In this document: one piece after another, positions 1 to 9,511 of the stretch
How positions within the stretch are numbered: the stretch's first letter is position 1
Layout of the letters: the number at the start of each line of letters is the position of its first letter
NCBI GenBank assembly: GCA_039630415.1
Contig: JBCNVB010000016.1
Span: forward strand, 1 to 57,924
Source: a bacterium
GTDB lineage: Bacteria; DRYD01
Direction: 5' to 3'
Length of the DNA stretch: 57,924 bases
Program-made: the position numbers and the translations under genes
The notes under the pieces: model-generated
The model's database searches: none
Told to the model about the DNA's origin: nothing
What the model saw: only the letters and a program-made list of their open reading frames with translations

Positions 1-261
1 TCAAATATAACGGATTATATTATAAAACAAGAGGAAATATTAAACGAGTTTCCTTTTGTAGTAGTTAACGATAGGACAGTTTTCAAGGTAAGAAATGGAC
101 ACAGCTTCATAAGCCAAAATGTTATACATATAGAAAAAAAAGGAAAATATAACGATAGGAATATCTTTGTGGTCAAAGACAGAAGAAAAGAAAATCTTGC
201 AATAGCTCAATCAGATAACCTAATAAATTTCAAAGTTAAAAGAGTTCTAAAACCTTACTGA
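1..261 (+). CDS. truB: C-terminal fragment of a probable tRNA pseudouridine(55) synthase (5'-truncated by the window edge)
   Basis: Frame 1 is open from base 1 (SNITDYIIKQEEILNEFPFVVV...KVRNG...KVKRVLKPY) to TGA at 259-261, which overlaps the ribF ATG. truB-ribF order is widely conserved. The catalytic region lies outside the window. Confidence 0.55.
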   Translation, partial: SNITDYIIKQEEILNEFPFVVVNDRTVFKVRNGHSFISQNVIHIEKKGKYNDRNIFVVKDRRKENLAIAQSDNLINFKVKRVLKPY

Positions 262-1130
262 TGACAAAATTAATACTCGGTTTTTTTGACGGAATTCATA
301 AAGGACATCAGGAAGTAATCAAAAACGTTTATTCTCAAGATTCTTATTTGATTACTTTCGATACCAGTCCAAAATTATTTTTCAAAAACGAAAATAATTC
401 CCTTCTTACAACAAATAACGAAAAAGTAGAAATACTAAAAAAAATTTTCCCTGACCTAAAAGTAGAGTTTCTCATCTTTAAAAATATCTGTGATTTATCC
501 CCTGAACAATTTATTAAGTATCTTAAAAATCTATTCGACTTTAAAGTAATTTCTGTTGGATACGACTTTAAATTTGGTAAGAATGCGGAAGGCAATGTAA
601 ATACACTTAAGAAACTATCTAAAAAATATAATTTCGAATTGGTTGTTCAAAAAAAGGTTTTATACAAAAATAGGGCTATCCATAGTTCATTGATTAGGAA
701 CTACCTTATAAACTATCCTTTAAGAATGGAAGATGTTTTTAATATGTTGGGAAGGTTTTACCAAATTAGTGGAATAGTTATCGAGGGTAAAAAGATTGGT
801 AGGAAAATAGGTTTTCCTACGGCAAATATCCTGGTTCCACCTTACAAAGTTATACCTTATTTCGGAATTTATAAGGCAAAAGTGAGAATATTAAATAATG
901 ATTTTAAGGATAGAATTTTTGATGGACTTTTATATATTGGTCCCCGACCAGTTATAAATAACTATGAAATATCTGTTGAGGTTTGGATTAAAGATTTTAA
1001 CCATGAAGTATACTACCAACCTGTTGTAGTCGATATAATAAAATTTATAAGAAAAGTAAAGAGTTTCAAGAATTTAAACGCGATGGTTAAGCAAATAGAA
1101 AAAGATATAGAAATTGCTTTTGTAGATTAA
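261..1130 (+). CDS. ribF: Bifunctional riboflavin kinase / FAD synthetase
   Basis: Motifs GFFDGIHKGHQ, VGYDFKFG, SSLIR, GRKIGFPTAN, and a C-terminal IR..K.F..L..QI..D. Confidence 0.95.
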   Translation: MTKLILGFFDGIHKGHQEVIKNVYSQDSYLITFDTSPKLFFKNENNSLLTTNNEKVEILKKIFPDLKVEFLIFKNICDLSPEQFIKYLKNLFDFKVISVGYDFKFGKNAEGNVNTLKKLSKKYNFELVVQKKVLYKNRAIHSSLIRNYLINYPLRMEDVFNMLGRFYQISGIVIEGKKIGRKIGFPTANILVPPYKVIPYFGIYKAKVRILNNDFKDRIFDGLLYIGPRPVINNYEISVEVWIKDFNHEVYYQPVVVDIIKFIRKVKSFKNLNAMVKQIEKDIEIAFVD

Positions 1131-1230
1131 TCGTTTTTCATATGTAGTATAAATCTAATACTGCTTGTGGATTAAGATGTCATTTCGAATTGGGCAAATT
1201 CTGTAAGGATAAGGCCAAATTCTTGTTTGT

Positions 1231-2793
1231 CTAAATGCTATTCATAGTATTTCCAATAAGTATTTCTTCTACAGAATTGAAATATTTATCTGATTTAAGG
1301 AATACTCCTTCAAGTCCTTTTCCTCCGTTAAACGGACGTTTTGTATCTGCAAATAAACCTTCTTCTATTGCTTTAAACAACCCTTTTTCTTCTACAGTTT
1401 TTAATAATTCGAAAGCCTTTTGCTGCAAATACTTTGCTCTTTCCTCTATCAACCCTTTATCTTTTATTACTATTTCTTTTGAGAAGTCTTTTGCAGCGTT
1501 GAATGTGTATTTTACTGCTTTTAAACTAAGGTATCTGTCTTGTAGAAGTGGAGTATGTATTGCTTCTGTTAACACTCCTATTAGGTGTATGTGCTGATCT
1601 GTTAGAATTGAAACTAAGTTGAACATGTTATCAATGATATGTGTGTGGAATATATTTCCTGTTACCCATCTTGTTGGTGGCATGTATTTTAATGGGCAAT
1701 TAGGGAAAAGATTTCTTATTAGTAGTGCTTGTGCTAATTCATAAAGGAAAGAGTTTTCAATATCTGGCCTTATTTCATAAGCATGCCCTAACCCTATTAA
1801 ATTATCAGGCATGTTGCATTTTTTAGCAAATTCATAATTGATATAATGTGAAGAGATTATCGTATAACCTTTTTCAAACGCATCTGCTGTTGTTAGATAA
1901 TTGTCTTCTCCCGTATTTATTATTATTCCTGCTAATGTTATTATTAATCTTGAAAAATATTGATCTATAAAGGTTCTTTGTGGATTGATGTCTCTAAAGA
2001 GTATTCCATACATACTGTCATTAAGTAGCATATCTAATCTTTCTATTGCTGCTAATGCTGCTATTTCTGGCATACATAATCCTGATGAGTAATTTACAAG
2101 CATCAGGTATCTTTTTTGTTTTTCCATTTCATTATCTAATGCTTCCCTTATTAACCTGAAGTTTGCTTGGGTAGCAAAAGTCCCTCCATAACCTTCTGTT
2201 GTAAGTCCTTCCGGAACATAATCGATTAAACTTTGTGCTGATGATCTTATAACAGCGATACAATCTGCTCCCTGTCTTACTGCAGATAAAGCTTGTAATC
2301 TATCTTCGAAAATATTTCCTGTTGCTACGATTACGTATATCCAGGGAGTTGGAGGAAGTCCGTATTTTGATATTAATTCTTCTCTTTTTTCTTTTTGTTT
2401 TAATATTAAATTAATTCCTTCTTGTGCTAACTTGTTTGCTACCTCTTTGTATTTGTAAATTTCTTTTTTTACTTCTTTTATATGCTGGACTGTTATTTTT
2501 TCTATCATTTCTAAGGTTTTATGTATATCTTGATTTGATTTATGGTAAAGAAATGCTGCTAAATAGGATATTCCATCATTTATGATACCTGCTTGTATTG
2601 CTTTATCTACGAGTATATTTGGATATGGTATTCCTTCTTCGTTTGCTCCATTTATCCCCATTATTCTTAATGTTGCTCTTTCTATACTAACAGTTGATCT
2701 TTGTTTAATAAAATCGAAGACATCATTTACTATTTTTTTTGCTGTTTTATGTGAAAGGTGAGCTATATTTTTATCATAATTAATTTTTATCAT
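1231..2793 (-). CDS. kamD: Lysine 5,6-aminomutase alpha subunit (AdoCbl/PLP dependent)
   Basis: Motifs STVSIER, YVIVATGNIFED, AVIRSSAQSLIDYVP, GGTFATQANF, NYSSGLCMPEIA, INTGEDNYLTTADA and KYMPPT. Start set at ATG 2793 behind a GGAGGT SD; the ORF track starts at 2823. Confidence 0.92.
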   Translation of the reverse strand: MIKINYDKNIAHLSHKTAKKIVNDVFDFIKQRSTVSIERATLRIMGINGANEEGIPYPNILVDKAIQAGIINDGISYLAAFLYHKSNQDIHKTLEMIEKITVQHIKEVKKEIYKYKEVANKLAQEGINLILKQKEKREELISKYGLPPTPWIYVIVATGNIFEDRLQALSAVRQGADCIAVIRSSAQSLIDYVPEGLTTEGYGGTFATQANFRLIREALDNEMEKQKRYLMLVNYSSGLCMPEIAALAAIERLDMLLNDSMYGILFRDINPQRTFIDQYFSRLIITLAGIIINTGEDNYLTTADAFEKGYTIISSHYINYEFAKKCNMPDNLIGLGHAYEIRPDIENSFLYELAQALLIRNLFPNCPLKYMPPTRWVTGNIFHTHIIDNMFNLVSILTDQHIHLIGVLTEAIHTPLLQDRYLSLKAVKYTFNAAKDFSKEIVIKDKGLIEERAKYLQQKAFELLKTVEEKGLFKAIEEGLFADTKRPFNGGKGLEGVFLKSDKYFNSVEEILIGNTMNSI

Positions 2794-2952
2794 AAATCCA
2801 ACCTCCATATTACTCTTTTTCAATAAAAATTCTATGCATTTTTTTACTTACCTTGTCTTATATAAACGAAAGTTAAAAAAATGTTAAAAAAGTTAGTTTT
2901 TTTTAGGAATTGTAAAAAAAAGGTTTAAATAAAAAATAGGGGGTGTAAGAAA

Positions 2953-4578
2953 ATGAGAAAAGCTTATATTCTTTATCTATGGCTTGCCCTCTTTACGATG
3001 TTTATCTCTTTCTTTTCTATTATCCTTTTTAACTACCTCGGCTCAGATATAAAAATAACAAGAAAATTAGTGAAAGATACACAGTATTACAGTATTATAA
3101 AAAGTGTGGTAATTGTAGCTACGGAAAATTATAGAGTAGGACGATACACAGGGGATTACAACTTTAAGGGATATAATTTTTCATTCTCTGCTCGGCGTAT
3201 TTCTCCTACAAGATTACTTGTCGATATTAGTGAAAATGATCAAATGACTGCTAAGGTTATTGTCCAGGACAAACTCCTACTTTCTGATATTAATGTGTAT
3301 TTTGTAAAAAAATCTGAAGGAACTACAACTTTAAGTAGTAATACAACTTTAAGTAGTAATACAACTTATAGTAATTTTGTTACTACCGCTGATTCTATCT
3401 CTATAACAGCAGATCAAAAAATTTTTGACAGAGCTTTTATCGATCCTCAAACTACTGTTAATGGGCAAGGAGTTGAAGAAAAAAGAGATAAAGACAAAAA
3501 ATACTATATTTTCCATAATTTGGAAGAATTAAAAAAGTATGCCAATTATGCTGGTTTTGTGCGTTCTGACTTAGATCAGTTTTTAATTAATTCATATACT
3601 TCAACCAGGGATTTTTTAAGATCAAAAAGTGTAAGTAGCAGAACTTTTCCCGATTTGACTCTTGATCTAACTAAGTATGGCTCTATTTATATAGCTGACA
3701 AAGTAAATCAGAAAGAGGTACAAAGTGTTAGAATAAAATTCTATCCTAATGATAGAAACCAACAAATATTTTTTGATGTTTTTTACAGAGGATCTTATGG
3801 ATGGGGATCAAGCAATGGTGTTGATAGATATAATTATTATCTAATAAATCAACCAACGACGATTGATATAATACCTGCCAATACTGTAACTAATGATCAA
3901 AATTTACAAACTTATCTTGATAGTCTATTAAATCCCCCTCCTGGTTCTCAACCTGTTAACCCAAATTCGCCTTATCCTTTTGAGTTACGACCTGAAAATG
4001 GTTATGTTTACAAAGTTTTGCTTGTTTATGGGCAAGGAGGTAATTTAGAAAGAAGCATTGTTTATAAAACAGCAAATGACAAGACTATGATTTTTTCTGA
4101 TGTTAACGTTGAAATTGGTAGTGATAATCCCAATACATTCAATAGTGGAATTATAAATAACCCTGTTCTTCTTGTAACTAGCCAAAATATAAATATTTTA
4201 GGACATATTGTTTATCAAGAATTTGGTAGTATAGAAAACTTTGTAAATTTTGCAGAAAACAATTCTTTTAATTTCCCTGCTGACTCTAAAGGTAGCTTCT
4301 ATGCTATTGCTAAAAATATAACTGTGAATTCAATCTCATTTACTTCTAATGACTATCTTATTTTAAATGGGAATTTTGTCGCATTTTATGATCAAAATAG
4401 CACAATGAGCATAACAAATAAATACATCAAGAAACTATATTATTTTGGTACTAATATTGCATATAGCAGGTATAATCCTTATAAAGAAAAAGTGATTACT
4501 GATTATAGAGGAGGAGATAATATATTCAATGCAAAATTTTCTACTTGTAGGGTATTAGGTATTTACTTTTTAAAATGA
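2953..4578 (+). CDS. PilX/GspK-like pilus-associated protein with N-terminal hydrophobic helix and large beta-rich domain
   Basis: The N-terminus MRKAYILYLWLALF resembles a prepilin leader lacking Glu+5. The body is Asn/Ser/Thr rich, and the gene overlaps a PilC-type gene. Confidence 0.45.
   Translation: MRKAYILYLWLALFTMFISFFSIILFNYLGSDIKITRKLVKDTQYYSIIKSVVIVATENYRVGRYTGDYNFKGYNFSFSARRISPTRLLVDISENDQMTAKVIVQDKLLLSDINVYFVKKSEGTTTLSSNTTLSSNTTYSNFVTTADSISITADQKIFDRAFIDPQTTVNGQGVEEKRDKDKKYYIFHNLEELKKYANYAGFVRSDLDQFLINSYTSTRDFLRSKSVSSRTFPDLTLDLTKYGSIYIADKVNQKEVQSVRIKFYPNDRNQQIFFDVFYRGSYGWGSSNGVDRYNYYLINQPTTIDIIPANTVTNDQNLQTYLDSLLNPPPGSQPVNPNSPYPFELRPENGYVYKVLLVYGQGGNLERSIVYKTANDKTMIFSDVNVEIGSDNPNTFNSGIINNPVLLVTSQNINILGHIVYQEFGSIENFVNFAENNSFNFPADSKGSFYAIAKNITVNSISFTSNDYLILNGNFVAFYDQNSTMSITNKYIKKLYYFGTNIAYSRYNPYKEKVITDYRGGDNIFNAKFSTCRVLGIYFLK
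3324..3375 (+). repeat. In-frame 18-bp tandem repeat (TACAACTTTAAGTAGTAA x2 plus a partial copy) encoding TTLSSN-TTLSSN-TTYSN
   Basis: Read directly from the sequence. Confidence 0.9.
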
Positions 4579-5591
4579 GTATGAAATCTACGGAAAAATT
4601 AACATTTATTTTAATATTTAGATATTTGTTGGAAAGTGGGATACCTTTGATCCATTCATTAAACATCATTGAAAAAACTTTTAGTAAATATGCAAACAAA
4701 ATAAATCAAGTAAGAAGGATGGTTAATAACGGGCAACCTTTGTTTTATTCTTTGCAGAAATCCAATCTTTTTAATCAATTTGAAACTTCAATTATAAAGA
4801 TAGGAGAAAATACTGAGAATTTGCATTATGCATTGAAGAAATTAGAGGATTTGCTTGTAAAAAGACAAAATTTATCACAAAACATGATAAAATCTCTTAT
4901 CTACCCCCTGATTTTCCTTTTTGTTCTTTCTTTTATAATGATACTATTTAAAAATTTGATAATTCCCGCTTTTACGAATTTGTATGTTGATATGGGTATA
5001 ACTCCTCCTGCTGCTTTTAAATTCCTTAACTTTTTGACAACTATTTTTGATATTAAAGTTGTAACATTTTTGGGTATTCTCATAGGTTCATTGCTTTTTA
5101 TTATTATTAACCTTTTTAAGGCTAATTTAAAAACTTTTTACCGATATATTTTTTCTATTCCTGTAATAGGTAAGATATTTTATAATTCGTATGTGTCTTT
5201 AGTTTTAAATTTGTGGGCTACAGCTTTGGAAAGTGGGTTACCTTATTCTTTAACGTTCAAAATATTGGAAGAAGAAACAGTGGAACCTTTTTCTTCTTTT
5301 TTCTCTAAGATGTTTGATAGAACAAAAAAAGGAGAGTTATATGAAATAGTTAATTTTGATAACACTTTTAAGACAATGTATGTAAAGCAAATGAATGCTG
5401 CTTTGGAAAGTGGGGAGGTGCCTTTTACTCTTAGGAAGTTGGCTGAAATGGCTGAAATTGAAGCTAATGCTGCACTCGATACTTTCAACAGAGTTATCGA
5501 ACCAGCTATGGCCATAATAGCAGGGTTTATAACTGCCACCCTTTGCTTATCCATCTTTTTACCCATAATGTACCTTATAAGGAGTATGTAA
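4575..5591 (+). CDS. pilC: Type II secretion / type IV pilus inner-membrane platform protein (GspF/PilC family)
   Basis: Duplicated T2SSF domains (LLESGIPL..SL, IGENT..L, LIYP; ALESGLP, ESGE, IEP) and a C-terminal SIFLPI. Confidence 0.85.
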   Translation: MSMKSTEKLTFILIFRYLLESGIPLIHSLNIIEKTFSKYANKINQVRRMVNNGQPLFYSLQKSNLFNQFETSIIKIGENTENLHYALKKLEDLLVKRQNLSQNMIKSLIYPLIFLFVLSFIMILFKNLIIPAFTNLYVDMGITPPAAFKFLNFLTTIFDIKVVTFLGILIGSLLFIIINLFKANLKTFYRYIFSIPVIGKIFYNSYVSLVLNLWATALESGLPYSLTFKILEEETVEPFSSFFSKMFDRTKKGELYEIVNFDNTFKTMYVKQMNAALESGEVPFTLRKLAEMAEIEANAALDTFNRVIEPAMAIIAGFITATLCLSIFLPIMYLIRSM

Positions 5592-5592
5592 A

Positions 5593-6144
5593 ATGAGAAA
5601 GGGTTTTACTTTACCTGAATTAATCGTTGCAACAGGACTGGGTATGCTTTTAATCCTTATTATATTCATGTCTACAATAACTATACAAAGAGTTGGTTTC
5701 CAACTTTATAAAAAATATAGCATAGCTCTTTCTTCCAAAACTATGTTAAATAAAATTTCTAAAGAGTTGGCTAAAAATATTTCTCCTATTAGTGGGCAAA
5801 ATCCCATAAGGCAGGTCACGAATAACTCTGTTGAGTTTTACTCGGTAAGAATTGTTCCCAATAATCCCAACCCTGTACCTATTATCCAAACTATAACTGT
5901 AAATAGAAATAGAGTTAATCATGGTATAAGTTACACTATTATAAGTGAAGAGAGAGATTTAAATGGTAATCGTTTGGGACAAAGACAAAGTAGCACTTTC
6001 ATCGAAGCTGAGAATTCCAATTTATGGTTTGGAAATCTTCAAAATGTTGCAATTAGAATTTATTTACTAAATCAATTTAATTATAGGGGGCAAAGATATG
6101 AATTATACTATAGTGTTGATGTTCCTATTAATATTATTCAGTGA
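5593..6144 (+). CDS. Prepilin-type N-terminal cleavage/methylation domain protein (minor pilin)
   Basis: Class III signal KG|FTLPEL followed by a hydrophobic helix. Confidence 0.85.
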   Translation: MRKGFTLPELIVATGLGMLLILIIFMSTITIQRVGFQLYKKYSIALSSKTMLNKISKELAKNISPISGQNPIRQVTNNSVEFYSVRIVPNNPNPVPIIQTITVNRNRVNHGISYTIISEERDLNGNRLGQRQSSTFIEAENSNLWFGNLQNVAIRIYLLNQFNYRGQRYELYYSVDVPINIIQ

Positions 6145-6193
6145 AGGTAAAATTGAAAAGGTGTAGAAAAGAAAAAATAGGTAGTGCTGAATA

Positions 6194-6268
6194 CGGGGTG
6201 TAGCTCAGACTGGTTAGAGCGCGTGCCTTAGGAGCACGAGGTCCGCGGTTCAAGTCCGCGCACCCCGA
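6194..6268 (+). tRNA. tRNA with anticodon UAG (Leu) on a tRNA-Pro-type class I body; CCA not encoded
   Basis: Acceptor stem CGGGGTG/CACCCCG plus A73; D stem GCTC/GAGC; anticodon stem CGTGC/GCACG with loop CT-TAG-GA (anticodon 6229-6231); variable loop AGGTC; T arm CGCGG-TTCAAGT-CCGCG. The tRNA call is solid, but its amino-acid identity is uncertain. Confidence 0.93.
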
Positions 6269-6303
6269 CTTAAACCTAACCAACCACATCCAAAAAAATA
6301 AGC

Positions 6304-6834
6304 ATGAAAATAACAGTTACTTTAATATCATCATCTTTCGAATCTAACCAGTACCCCAAAGGAATTGCCTGTGCACAATGCCATATACAAACTAAAAATA
6401 TCGAACTATCTTTTAGCTATGTAAGAAAAGCTGATGATTCTACAATAGAGGCATTCGTCGAAAACGATAATTTATGCCAAAAATTAGCTATCCAAAAAGC
6501 ACTAAAACAAATCAAATACATTGAATCTGCTGAATTCGAACCACAAGAAATAGAAACACAAGAACAACAAGAAACTAATTTAACTAAAAAAATATCCTAC
6601 AAGCAAAAGGTTATAGAAATCGTGAATCTTCTCAATTGGAACATAGAAAAGCTATCTCGATTTGTATATAGGTACAAGAATAAGAAGCTTAACGAACTAA
6701 CTGAAAAAGAGTGGGCACAAATATACAATCAGCTTTCGAATTTCTTGCAATCTAACCTATCTTTGCCTAAATCTGAACCACAAACTGTACAGGATGAAAT
6801 AATAAAACCAGAGGAGTGGGAGCAAATTTTGTGA
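6304..6834 (+). CDS. Hypothetical protein
   Basis: 176-aa ORF filling the gap between the tRNA and the ABC gene; no family confidently recognised. Confidence 0.7.
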   Translation: MKITVTLISSSFESNQYPKGIACAQCHIQTKNIELSFSYVRKADDSTIEAFVENDNLCQKLAIQKALKQIKYIESAEFEPQEIETQEQQETNLTKKISYKQKVIEIVNLLNWNIEKLSRFVYRYKNKKLNELTEKEWAQIYNQLSNFLQSNLSLPKSEPQTVQDEIIKPEEWEQIL

Positions 6835-6842
6835 TTTAGCAA

Positions 6843-7571
6843 ATGCTTGAAGTAAAGGACATTCACAAAACCTACCGTAGGGGTAAAGAAACCATATATG
6901 CTTTAAGAGGGCTAACCTTTAGTATATCCAAAAACGATGCGTTTGGTTTAATTGGTCCCAACGGAGCTGGTAAAACCACAACTATCAAAGCCATCTTGAA
7001 TCTCATTAACCTGGACAAAGGTCAAATAACCATAGACGGTATAGATGTAAGATCATACGAAGCAAGAAGAATGATAGGATACGCTCCAGAAATACCCTAC
7101 TATCCTATACACATTCCTGCAATTAAACTCCTTAAAACCTACATCTCACTATATAATCTACAGATTCCAAAGGAAAAAATCGAGTACTACTTCGAGCTTG
7201 TTAAATTATCAAAGTTTATGCATCTTCCTTTATCAAACTACTCCAAAGGAATGCAACAAAGGTTTAGTATATTACAAGCTATAATCATAGAGCCCAAACT
7301 ACTAATTTTGGATGAGCTAACAAGTGGACTTGATCCGATCGGACAATACGAAATACTCGAAATAGTTAAGAAACTTAAAAACCAAACCACTATTCTTTTC
7401 ACTTCTCACAACCTAGCTGAAATAGAACAGATATGCGACAAAGTAATGATAATCAACAAGGGAAGAAGCATATTTTACGGTACAGTTGACGAACTTAAGA
7501 ATACCTACAAAGCTGATCTGTACAAGATATTCTTTGACTTGATAACACAGGATAATCAAAGTACGGGGTGA
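6843..7571 (+). CDS. ABC transporter ATP-binding protein (ABC-2/exporter type)
   Basis: Walker A GPNGAGKTT, signature YSKGMQQR, Walker B LILDE, H-loop TSH. Confidence 0.93.
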   Translation: MLEVKDIHKTYRRGKETIYALRGLTFSISKNDAFGLIGPNGAGKTTTIKAILNLINLDKGQITIDGIDVRSYEARRMIGYAPEIPYYPIHIPAIKLLKTYISLYNLQIPKEKIEYYFELVKLSKFMHLPLSNYSKGMQQRFSILQAIIIEPKLLILDELTSGLDPIGQYEILEIVKKLKNQTTILFTSHNLAEIEQICDKVMIINKGRSIFYGTVDELKNTYKADLYKIFFDLITQDNQSTG

Positions 7572-7575
7572 TAAA

Positions 7576-9486
7576 ATGGAAAAATCAATAGAAAGTTCCA
7601 TTGAAAGATTGAAAGTTGCCTATACTCCTTCACAACAAACCATCGAAAATTCAAACATCTATAAAATAATCAGTCAAGAAAACTTGTCATATTGGGAATT
7701 TTACAAAAAGTCGATATCTGATCCCGAATGGTTCTGGAGGAGATTTTTTAAGGATATAAACTTCAAGTGGATAGAAGAGCCAAAGAAAATAGTAGAGGGT
7801 AGTGGGATAGATACTAAGTGGTTTGTAGGTGGTAAAATAAACATATCTATCAACTGTCTAGATACCCCCAAAGAAAAGATCGCAGTAATAGAAGTAGATG
7901 AAAACGGATTCGAAAGAATAATCACATATGGAGAACTCGAAGAAAAAGTTAATAAACTTTCAAACTTTTTAGCCAATTTTGGAATAGAAGTGGGGGATAG
8001 AGTTGCTTTATATATGCCTCTATCAATACAAAGTGTTATATGTTTTTTAGCAATTGCTAGGATAGGTGCTATATGTGTACCTCTTTTTTCTGGATTTGGT
8101 AAGGAGGCTATAAGTGTAAGGCTAAAGGCTTCTAACGCAAAAATGGTCATCAGTTTCTCTCGTAATTGCAGGAGAGGTAAACTAATAGATATGAGAAGTA
8201 TTCTAGAGCAGTCCTTGGAAGAAACAAATGTTTCAAAAGTTTTGTACATAGACACTGATGAAAATTTACCAGATAGATGTTCAAGTTACATAAAAGTTCC
8301 TTCATTTGAATCAGATCATCCGCTTATGATAATATACACGTCGGGTACTACGGGTTTGCCTAAGGGGATAATACATTATCACAGTAGTTTTCCTATCAAA
8401 GCTGCACAAGATATGTACCATGTGTTTGATATTAAGCAAGATGACATTGTTACGTGGATTACTGATATAGGTTGGATGATGGGACCATGGTTGATATTCG
8501 GAACTTTAATAAACAGGGCAACTATATTTATCTATAACGGCTCTCCTGATTATCCCGATATTGACATAATCTGGAAAATGGTTGAAAAATACAAAATAAC
8601 ATGTGTGGGCTTATCTCCTTCGTACATTAGGTCAATATCTGAAAAATCAAATGTTAGTCAACTGGAGTTGAGTAGCTTGAGAATGGTAGGTTCTACTGGC
8701 GAGCCTTGGGATGAATACCATTGGGAGTGGACTTTTAAAAACATTTGTAAATCTACTAAGCCTATCATAAACTATTCTGGTGGGACTGAAATCAGCGGTG
8801 GAATACTTGCTAGTATGGGTATTTTTGATATCAAACCTATGAGTTTCAATACACCCGTTCCAGGAATTAGTGTTAGAGTTTTAAATGATGAAGGTAATGA
8901 TGTAGAAGGTCAGGTAGGGTATTTATGTATAGATAATCATAATCCCGGTCTAGCAAAAACTTTCTGGAATGATCATCAAAGGTATATAGAAACTTACTGG
9001 TCTAAATTTGAAAACATTTGGTACCATGGAGATTTAGCATATATAGATAACGATGGTTTTTGGTACATATTGGGAAGGGCGGATGATACTCTTAAAATAG
9101 CTGGCAAGAGAATAGGGCCTGCTGAGTATGAAACAATCATTAATAGTGTCAAGGATGTAAAAGAATCAGCTGTTGTAGGCATACCTGATCAAATAAAGGG
9201 TATGGTCCCATTAGCTTTCGTAGTAGCAAATTCAGATGATTTTGAGAACATAAAGAAAAATATATTTGAAACAGTTATAAACCAACTTGGTAAGCCTTTT
9301 GCTCTTAAGGATGTCATTTTTGTACCCGATCTCCCAAAAACTAGAAATTTTAAAATAATGAGAAGGATACTAAGAGATTTAGTTGTTTATGGACAAATAA
9401 AAGGAGATACGAGTAATCTTGTTAACCCAGACGTTTGTCAACAAATAGGTCAAATTATAACTGAAAATAAAATATCGTTGAGCTAA
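7576..9486 (+). CDS. Acetyl-CoA synthetase-like AMP-dependent acyl-CoA ligase
   Basis: Motifs YTSGTTGLPKG, DIGWMMG, STGEPW, SGGTE, HGD, GRADD and LPKTR..KIMRR. Confidence 0.9.
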   Translation: MEKSIESSIERLKVAYTPSQQTIENSNIYKIISQENLSYWEFYKKSISDPEWFWRRFFKDINFKWIEEPKKIVEGSGIDTKWFVGGKINISINCLDTPKEKIAVIEVDENGFERIITYGELEEKVNKLSNFLANFGIEVGDRVALYMPLSIQSVICFLAIARIGAICVPLFSGFGKEAISVRLKASNAKMVISFSRNCRRGKLIDMRSILEQSLEETNVSKVLYIDTDENLPDRCSSYIKVPSFESDHPLMIIYTSGTTGLPKGIIHYHSSFPIKAAQDMYHVFDIKQDDIVTWITDIGWMMGPWLIFGTLINRATIFIYNGSPDYPDIDIIWKMVEKYKITCVGLSPSYIRSISEKSNVSQLELSSLRMVGSTGEPWDEYHWEWTFKNICKSTKPIINYSGGTEISGGILASMGIFDIKPMSFNTPVPGISVRVLNDEGNDVEGQVGYLCIDNHNPGLAKTFWNDHQRYIETYWSKFENIWYHGDLAYIDNDGFWYILGRADDTLKIAGKRIGPAEYETIINSVKDVKESAVVGIPDQIKGMVPLAFVVANSDDFENIKKNIFETVINQLGKPFALKDVIFVPDLPKTRNFKIMRRILRDLVVYGQIKGDTSNLVNPDVCQQIGQIITENKISLS

Positions 9487-9511
9487 AAACTTTAACAAAG
9501 AGGGTGAAAAT

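Noticed and set aside
1131-1230. Terminator or small RNA between convergent ribF and kamD
   Set aside because: There is only a weak AT-rich stem (GTAGTAT/ATACTGC) without a clear U-tract, which is not enough to call.
2794-2952. Cobalamin or lysine riboswitch upstream of kamD
   Set aside because: The region is short and very AT-rich, with no B12 box or structured stems.
6222-6238. Reading the tRNA anticodon as AGG (Pro)
   Set aside because: Shifting the loop by one base destroys the perfect 5-bp CGTGC/GCACG stem; the canonical 7-nt loop places TAG at positions 34-36.
6240-9500. Integrated element at the tRNA 3' end
   Set aside because: I noticed no integrase and no duplicate of the tRNA 3' end, and the downstream genes run straight into leuS.
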